DNA of 64,000 bases, taken from the NCBI GenBank assembly GCA_905178155.1, contig CAJINV010000003.1:2251065-2315064 (forward strand), given 5' to 3'. Of this stretch, positions 56,501 to 64,000 are shown piece after piece. The stretch comes from Amoebophrya sp. A120 (Eukaryota; Protista; Dinoflagellata). Within the stretch, counting starts at the first letter, position 1; each line of letters opens with the position of its first letter. Position numbers and translations under genes: made by a program. Below the pieces are notes generated by a model. That model ran no database searches, was not told where the DNA came from, and saw only the letters and a list, made by a program, of their open reading frames with translations.

Positions 56501-56693
56501 CAAACGTTCTTTTTCCGAGAAACTTGTTTGTGTCCGTTTCGTAGTGGGTCTTCTGCTCTCCCCTTTCCTCGATTTCGACCACCCGGTAGGCGTTGGCTCC
56601 GGGTTGTGACAGGAGAAACACTTCCGCAGCCGGGAGCAGCAGCAGAGCCGCCACCCCGACGATACGCCTCCAAATAGTACGCGTCTGCATCAT
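50517..56693 (-). CDS. Large type-I membrane protein (~1950 aa) with repeat-rich cytoplasmic tail; 3 or more exons
   Basis: Signal peptide and one TM (AVIAVVVIASIIMVIALAIGIY). GT-AG introns 53059-52892 (phase 1) and 52121-51963 (phase 0) join three ORF-track ORFs in frame. A possible extra last exon lies at 50420-50373. Confidence 0.7.
50775..51250 (-). repeat. Four dispersed ~22-aa repeats PxSRKEVxxGGQSADLxSRTTW/F
   Basis: Seen in the translation; variation between copies is codon-level. Confidence 0.85.
54965..55430. repeat. 78-bp coding tandem repeat (~6 copies, KKEKKRKSERQNSLEPEKSAKDSGEE)
   Basis: agtgag anchors recur every 78 bp; the last unit is shortened. Confidence 0.9.
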
Positions 56694-58368
56694 CGTTCTG
56701 CCGTCGAGTTTATGTCAGACTGCTGCCCCCTCTCCTTCTTCGATTGAATAAAGTGCGTTTTCAAGACGGGATTGCTCGCACGCGCCTCTGTCCAGAGTGG
56801 ACTTCCGGATGATCGCGAGCCATCCCGCCTGATGCTGAAACAATGTGAAGTTCTTAGTTGGGTAGGAGGAAAGGAGTTATTGGAAAAGATAAAGAATTTT
56901 TGTAGATGAAAAAGCTAATGTCAACATGAAAATCATGACGACAACGCAGCTGGGGGCCGCGTATAAAAGACGCAATAGAAAAACATATTGTACGGAAAAA
57001 AACGAGCTTTGGGGGAATTGGTTAAATCTAATCTGCAGAAACTGTTGGTGCCATGGAAAGATTTCTTTGGACTTCACCTTTCGGGCACGAAAACATTACA
57101 ATTATGTAGAAGAATACCAATTGACGGGCGCACGATATGAAAAAGAACCGATGAGGTGCACGAACGAGCGAGCGCAAATCGGAGACGGACGCCACGTAAA
57201 AGTAGCAATTTCTGCACGAAAATAAAAGTGAAAGCGGACGATATGGCACTATGCTGTGGACGTACCGACTACGATGCTTTACCGTTTGTGCTGAGCGAAA
57301 CGACCGACCTCAAGCTCTGCACGCCAGAACGAAACCACGACCGAAAAATTGGTAGATCTAAATCCAAAACCGAAAAAAATCATGTGGGGCGATGGATGGA
57401 CAGACGGCACACACCAGACTCCATAGGTTTTTTCGGCACAACGTACACAACCAAAATTGCGCATTTTCGTTCTATGTATAAATATGAATAAAAGGCAGAA
57501 ATCTATCCGGGGAAATAGTTGCAGTCTTCGTCTTTCACTTGTGTTGCCGCTTCGTCATAAGCAGAAGTGTCCTCTTCATAATCATACAGCGATATTGCCG
57601 GGGCGTCGCAATCCTGCGAAGAAGCTAGTGAGCGACACCGACCTTCGTTTTTCTACCGCAGACAAGTGAGGAACTAGAAAATCCCGTCCTGCCTTTCCCA
57701 GATTGCCTCCACCAGACGCTACCACCTTGCAGCAGTCTGGCTTTTGAAAAAACAAACTAAAAACGTGTTATTTGGCGAGTTGTAAAAACTACTTCAATCA
57801 TCTTCTACTACTCTAACTCCAAGAGGGAAGAGGATGCTTTGTGTATGGATAAATGATTACGAGCATCGTCACATCATTTGAGCTCAACTCAGTATGTCGT
57901 TTCGGCTGTCCATCTGGAGCGAATGTGTGCCGCCTATGAAAGTCAAGGGAAACTGCATTCAAAGTTCGTCACTCTGTGCCAAAGATACTTACAACATGCA
58001 TCATCAGACCCTGCCACACTGTTCTCCGTATGTAGGCAGAAAGGTTGCAAAAGCACAGTTTCAAAAGCAAAAGCTATGCCGCCTGAGACCACCCAAGATA
58101 TCGGTCGTGACATTCTCTGGCTTGAATAGTACTACATTGTGGCGAACCACTCGGATCTCCCTTACCATATGCACAAATGTGACGAGAATGGAGTTTCCAT
58201 GTCATCAGTTTCGTAGTTGCGGTTGCTTGCTTGCTAGCAAACGCTGCTTGTTTGTCGAACCGGTCATACTCCGAGGGAAACGCGGCACTCTCGACTATTT
58301 GTCCGCTCAGTGGGTCCAGGTGAAGTTGCCTGTTGGAAGCATAGAAATGGGAAGATTCACATCTACTT

Positions 58369-58809
58369 CTAGATAGCTTCACTGTGTAAAGCACGATGAG
58401 ACCGGGACTACAGAATTCCACTGTGCGGCAATCCGCTGCGGTCATCATCAATATCATGCAGCACACAAAAACATTACCATCAAGCAATATAACAATCGCG
58501 AGGCTCGCAAAAAAAGTAAATAAGTAAGTACTCGCCCTTTTCTGATTTCACAGACTTGGGGTCCCCGGTCTTCCTCGAAGTCTTGCCCTCGGGTTCTGGA
58601 TATGCTTCCTCTGAGGTCGAGCTTCCGTCTGTTCCTTTCCTCTTCTTTACTTTCGCGGCTACTTCCTTCGACGTGCGCTCCGCTGCCGAGAAACGTGAAC
58701 CTTTTGACTGTGCCCGGGCGTTCGCACTCACTTTCCTCTCCATCATGTGGTGCATTGCCTCGTCGTCGGTGTCCGGGGGCGCCTCCCCACAGCCGCACAT
58801 GCACCCCAT
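58369..58809 (-). CDS. Small basic protein with N-terminal myristoylation/palmitoylation-type motif; 2 exons
   Basis: MGCMCGCG start. GT-AG intron 58531-58382 gives ..EKGDEAI*. Confidence 0.55.
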
Positions 58810-59874
58810 TTTCGACGCCGCGCAGTGAACGAGGAGTTAAAGGACACAGCTGCTCACTTATTTCGGAAGAAAAAGTTTGAGTCACCGAGAAGAATTTGAA
58901 AATACATGCATCTTGGAGGGGCAAACTCAACAAAATGAAAATATTTTCACGCCATGTTTGGTTATTTAGCAGGGGGGGTCATAATTTTCATTGAAAAAGG
59001 TGGACAATGAGTTGTGGCCATCCGCTCAAGGAGATAGCAGCGGGGGCCCCTGATAGGTTTAAATTCACAAGAACATCAAGCAAATTTGTTTTCTACGATT
59101 TCATCTTTAGTTATTTGAAAACGAAACACGACAAGGCACGACTGAGTCTTCGTCTTTCTGTCGTACGTTTAGTACCGATAGAAATTGTAGTTGCACGAAA
59201 ATGAGGACGACGGTGCAGTCAGTGCCAGGTACGATCAAAACAGATTGAAGGGTTGCCATTTGCACCTCACCGAAGCAATGCAATCCACGAACGAGAATTT
59301 TATCCAAAACCGATCAATATTTCTTGATGCTACATGACGCTAAGAGCCAGTCATAGCATACACCGAATCGTTTTTTCTATCTAATTACTTGTTCCGCCGA
59401 CCGATCTCATTGTCATGTGGAGCTGCGGTAGTAAAAAACCTAGGACGAAGGACTTTGGTCGTACGATAGGACGACCAAAGACGAACGAGAACAAACAACG
59501 AGACGGCTGCCAAAACCTCCGAAAAGGTAGTGCACCACAAAACCTGTGACGAAAATCTAGAACAGAGCTTACTTTACGACGATTGCTCTCGCACGGAGTG
59601 CGTCGAGTTGCTGCAAGTTCATCTTTATGGGTAGGTAGGTTGCTGTACTTCTTCCGAAAGGCGCGACTGTTACTGCAAATTCGTGTCTACAATCCTCAGA
59701 GGGACCTGAGGTGCTTGGCACTTTGTTTGTTCGCGGAGGTTCGTGTCCCAGTCTGTAGTAAGTACAAGTGTGAGAAGCTACGGAGGAGCTGGTGGTCAGA
59801 CTCGAGTGCTATCAATTATTGCGCCTCTACGCACTACAGAGCTGCCCCTCATCTTCCAAGAAAGGTTCTTACTT

Positions 59875-60368
59875 CTAGTTTGTGATCATCTTATTCTTGA
59901 TCGGAAATCCCGCGCCACGGCCGCCTGCTTTTCCCTTGCCCTTCCCGGCGGGGCGCTTTCTTCGTGGCTCCTTTTCCGTTAGCAGAGTTTCCAGTGCCAA
60001 ATTGTCGGGTAAACACACTGACCGGATAGTGTTTCCTCGCAGTGTCAAGTGCTCCATTGGCGCCGCCTCTCGTCCCGGGGAAGTGACCTGTTGTAATGAT
60101 GACAGAAGCGGTTGTCGTCCTGGCTAGTCGGTCCTATGACACGAAAAAAGTAAACATGCCTTGGCTACGGATCATGGGTCGTGACAAAAACATTTTTTTG
60201 AGTACTACAACAAAACAATTTATAAAAATGCAGTACCTTCACGTTCTTCATGTGGATGTTCATCTGCATGTCCACCCCAATAATCGTTCCGTCCACTTTC
60301 ACATTACTCTTCAAATCCACGCTGACGCTTTCGTTCGCCAACTTTCGCAAGAAAACCACCAACTTCAT
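59875..60368 (-). CDS. SNRPD1: Small nuclear ribonucleoprotein Sm D1; 2 exons
   Basis: MKLVVFLRKLANESVSVDLK...GTIIGVDMQMNIHMKNVK | VT...LTLRGNTIRSVCLPDNLALETLL. GT-AG intron 60236-60088. Confidence 0.92.
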
Positions 60369-61438
60369 TTTTGTGTTAGGATTTTGTAAAAAAAGACAAA
60401 CCAAAAAAGAAAAAGTTGCGCTTGGTACGATAAAATAAGCGAAAACCTACTTACCTGTACTATCTGGTGCAAAAATCGCTTCTACTTTACTTGTGAGAAC
60501 AACAGTCCGAAGAAGAACCGTCTAACTACAACAAGTTGATGTTGACACTAAAGGTGACACAAGGAGAAGAATGTCGCTTTGCCGTTACGTTTTTGTTTCG
60601 TTCTAAATCTAATATTGCCGTATCCCTATTTTTCTGGGCCTGTTGTCAAGAAAAACAAAGATCATGAATGGAAAATGAATCGTACTCGAAAGGATCGTGG
60701 AATAGATGATGTGGATCTCGACAAAAATCAAAGGCAGATCGCATGAGTAGTTTCCATCAGATCTAAATCGCAGGCCTCGATCGACTGAGCGACGCATTGG
60801 CATTCTCCCCAATCCTTTTTCGTCTTTCTTCGGATCCTAGTATCAATCTGTAAAACATCCTCGCGCGATCTCCTATTTTCAAAAAAATATTTCGATCCGC
60901 TGAAAATCTCGCAAGGCATCAAGCGAACAGCGCAGCACAGGTAGCGAACAGTGCGGCACGCGTGGATTTCGCAGGTTTACGACGGTGTCCTCACTCCTTG
61001 AGCCGTGGAGCAAGCATTGCTGAACGTAGGGATGAAGTAGACCTGCAAAGAATCACGCTCTACTCCGGGGGTCCACGGAGTTTCAAAGCAGCATGTTGAA
61101 AAATTTCAAGTCGTCCAGGGGCTGAATCAGACCAAGTAAAGAAATTGTATAGATCAAGAACTTTGTCGAAGGGCACAAACAACTGCTCAAGGCGTGATGG
61201 TTTTATCTTCGTCCGGTCCGTTCCACCAAAATAGTACAGAGTGTACGTTTGTATCAAGCATGCGGACACTACTACTCATGTTCTCGCCGCCCCAGGGAAA
61301 GAAGAACAATAAAGAACTCATCAACCACAGAACTTGATGTCTGCTTCGAGTGTACTATAGCAAGAACGACCGCAGTCGTGCAGCTGCTCGTCTTTTTAGT
61401 ACACTGTCCAAAGTTGATGTACACAAGATCCATAGTGC

Positions 61439-64000
61439 CTAGACTTGTTCGCCCTCACCCTCCAAGTGACTGTTCGGATTGCCCTCCTCCATTCTGGATG
61501 TGGGTGGTGGGGCCCCGGGCCCTTGTCGCTTTTGTCCGGAGACGATGTCGTCGATGCGCAAGATCATAGCGGCCGCTTCTATTGCTGACTTGATGGTCTG
61601 TGCCTTCGTCGCAAACGTATCCACAATACCGGCTTCCTTCGTGTCCACAATTTTACCTGTGTAGTTGATCATAGCAGTGATATACTAGCAAAAATGCCTG
61701 TAGTTCTGTGTGAAAATTTCATAGTTTCTAGCTCTGCCATCGACCACATTAGCTTCGAGAATAGCAGGGAGGAAAAGGGAAGACGTCGCTACCAAAATCA
61801 TACAGCGATAGCTGCAAAATCGTCGTGTGTTCGTAGAAAAAAAAAAAATATCAAAATGGTACCTGCGATGCCGTCGAGACCAAGCATGCACGGCTTCTCT
61901 GGATCAGCGTGCCGTGAGCGGAGGTCGGTAAGGATACGCACCACGCTGGCACCGCAGTTGTGCGCCAGGGATCGCGGGATCACTTCGAATGCGCTCGCAA
62001 CGGCCTGGTACGGGTACTGCTTGGTCCCGACCTTCTGCTTAGCTAAGTGCTTCAACTTGGCGCCTATTTTGTTGAAACAAAAAATTCATATTAGCGTCGT
62101 GGTCACAAATATAATCTGCCGATACTAGCGGGCTTCTACCGCGTCCCCGTCGTGGTCCCATGAACTAACATGACCAAAAAGCAAAACTACCTCGATCATG
62201 TGAAAATAAATCTGAAGAGAGTGGTAGTGGTACTCCATCAACCGGTAAATAAAAAATTGGTACTCAAGTGCATTTCCGCTGCGCCACCGCCCGGTAGGAG
62301 TTTGGGTTGAAGGATGATGTTTCGGGCCACATTCCAGGCGTCGTGGAGGTTTCGCTCCATCTCATTCAAGACGTCCTTGCTCGCGCCACGCAAGATGATG
62401 GAGCAAGCCTTCGGGTTCTCGCATTCCGTCATAAAGGTAAAGTATTCGTCGCCGATTTTCTTGATCTGTTTAAAAATATTGCAGATGATCTCTTTTTTTT
62501 TGCGTGCAAGGAAACAATTCCGGACACGTGGTCGACAAGCGCAACAGCTCGTGTTTGGATGCAGTTTGTTATTGTTTTGACATGTAAACGATGAAAAAAT
62601 AATCACGCGGTACTGGTTTTCATGGACGAGCATGAACTTTTTAGTTTGGGGGATCATGTTAATTTCTTACCTCGAAGAGACCGCACCCGGTCCCGACGTC
62701 CTTTTCGTCAAGCTCTTCAGCTCTATTGACGATAGTCGCCCCGGTTACCCGTGCTACGCGGTTGTTGTCTGTCTTACGGATACGCCGGATCACCTGGGAG
62801 TGTAGTTTCGAGACAAATAGAGCAAGACTAGCGATAAAAAAAAAGCCTGAAAAAAAGCCTGAAATTTCTGCATGCAAGAAAACACATCACCCAATACATC
62901 ATCTTCGAACGAATACGGGCAAAAAAGAAAAACCACAAGAGGTACTTACCGAAACGTTCTGCTTCAGCAAGAAGTGCTGAGCGAGGTCAGAAACGCCCTT
63001 TTCAGTGATCACCACGTCCGGCTTGACACGGAGGATTTCGTCGCACACCTTCTTTACTTCTTCCTCCTCCTGTCGCAACATGGCTTCCCAGTCCGTTTCT
63101 TTTGTGATCTCGACCTGTTATGGTTTATACCGGCGTTTTCCTACATTGTAATTGTTATCGTTTCCGCTGCGACGAGTTGAGATCAGATGAGGAAAAGGCC
63201 GCGTGCAAAGAAAATAAATTGAATTAGATGCGCAGAAGTTTAAAAAAGTGCAAGTAGAAAAGCCAAAGTAAGTAAGTACGTTTGTTTGGGATTCGCCTTT
63301 TTTGTACTCGAGCGGGCAGTCGAGCAGCACAACGCGGGGGTTCGTGATTTTTCTTCTCATGCGCGGGTGCGTGATATCCTTGTTATACATCACGCCCTTC
63401 AGGACCTGTTGAGACAATTTGAATTGTGGATGGATCCAAATCATGCGATAGTATGTACGAAATTTTTATTTTTCATCAAATTGAAAAGCTCGCTGCCAAG
63501 CATAAGCATGTTTAAAAAGCGAGGATCATAGGAAAACATCTTTACCGCACACTCCTCGAGGTCTCCACCGGCAATTTTTTCGACTTTTGCGTATCTCTTC
63601 AAATCGATCTCTTTCTTGCCCGACGGGAGCTGCTCATAAACCGTCAGCGCCGCATCCACGGCGAGCTTAGAGATCATGGTTCCCCAACGTGACACAAATT
63701 TTGTGTCGATAGAGCTTTGCACAAACTCTATAAGCTTGTCCGGGTTTTCCGCGTCAATCGGAATAGCAATTTGCTCCAAAAGTTTCAGCGAATCTTCCAG
63801 AGCTTGCAAGTACCTGTAGTGATTTTCGTTGAGTACAAGCGTGGTCCTAATGAATGTCGTCTGCGGAGTGCTTGTCTCATCAAGCGTAAGCGCAACGAAA
63901 TTTTTGTCAAAAAAAAGAACAACTGCAATAATACCCTTGCACGATGACGGTCGGATGTATGTTTTTCTCCAACAATGGCTCGGCGACTGACAGCATTTCG
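61439..64000 (-). CDS. CCT3: T-complex protein 1 subunit gamma (CCT3), 5' part outside the window
   Basis: VLKGVMYNKDITHPRMRR, LDCPLEYKKGESQTN, RRIRKTDNNRVARVTGA, LRGASKDVLNEMERNLHDA. Exons 64000-63935, 63813-63546, 63405-63280, 63114-62950, 62793-62671, 62465-62264, 62063-61863, 61656-61439, all GT-AG. Confidence 0.97.

Noticed and set aside
57878-58376. Plus-strand ORF fragments (also 7113-7565 and 24784-25158)
   Set aside because: No recognisable motifs, broken by stops or overlapping probable UTRs; no transposase signature.
60162-60171. Partial spliced-leader match (tccgtagcca on the minus strand) in the SmD1 intron; also agccattttgg near 26272
   Set aside because: Only 10-11 nt match, which is expected by chance; not at gene 5' ends.
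61657-63934. Intronic snoRNAs in CCT3 introns
   Set aside because: No convincing paired C/D or H/ACA boxes in the parts inspected by eye; an Infernal search would be needed.
1-64000. Autonomous transposase, and stop-codon reassignment as reported for one Amoebophrya strain
   Set aside because: No DDE/RT motifs were recognised. Conserved genes read through in the standard code without internal stops once introns are removed.

Overview
Eukaryotic, gene-dense genomic DNA. About 17 protein-coding genes all lie on the minus strand. Gene style, strand clustering and intron types fit a syndinian dinoflagellate such as Amoebophrya (inference). Recognisable genes: CCT3 (partial), SmD1, a gamma-tubulin complex (GCP) protein, a GBP/atlastin-like GTPase, an SCP2-thiolase-like protein lacking the catalytic Cys, a RING protein, a Ser/Thr kinase with a large insert, an eIF4B-like protein fused to a W2 domain, a secreted Cys-rich protein and several hypotheticals. 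Main signal: 14 MITE-like elements of 162-327 bp from at least 6 unrelated TIR families. All start TAT, end ATA, are flanked by a 5-bp target duplication and share an internal GCAT(G/C/T)ACA motif. Thirteen interrupt coding sequence, and removing the element plus exactly one duplication restores the frame, although the element ends are not GT-AG. These are non-canonical introner-type introns coexisting with ordinary GT-AG introns. One copy is nested, inverted, inside a canonical intron. A 186-bp x ~16 tandem array shows mostly synonymous unit-to-unit variation in one plus-strand frame, suggesting a hidden, highly basic repeat protein. All exon models were derived by hand and need RNA-seq confirmation.
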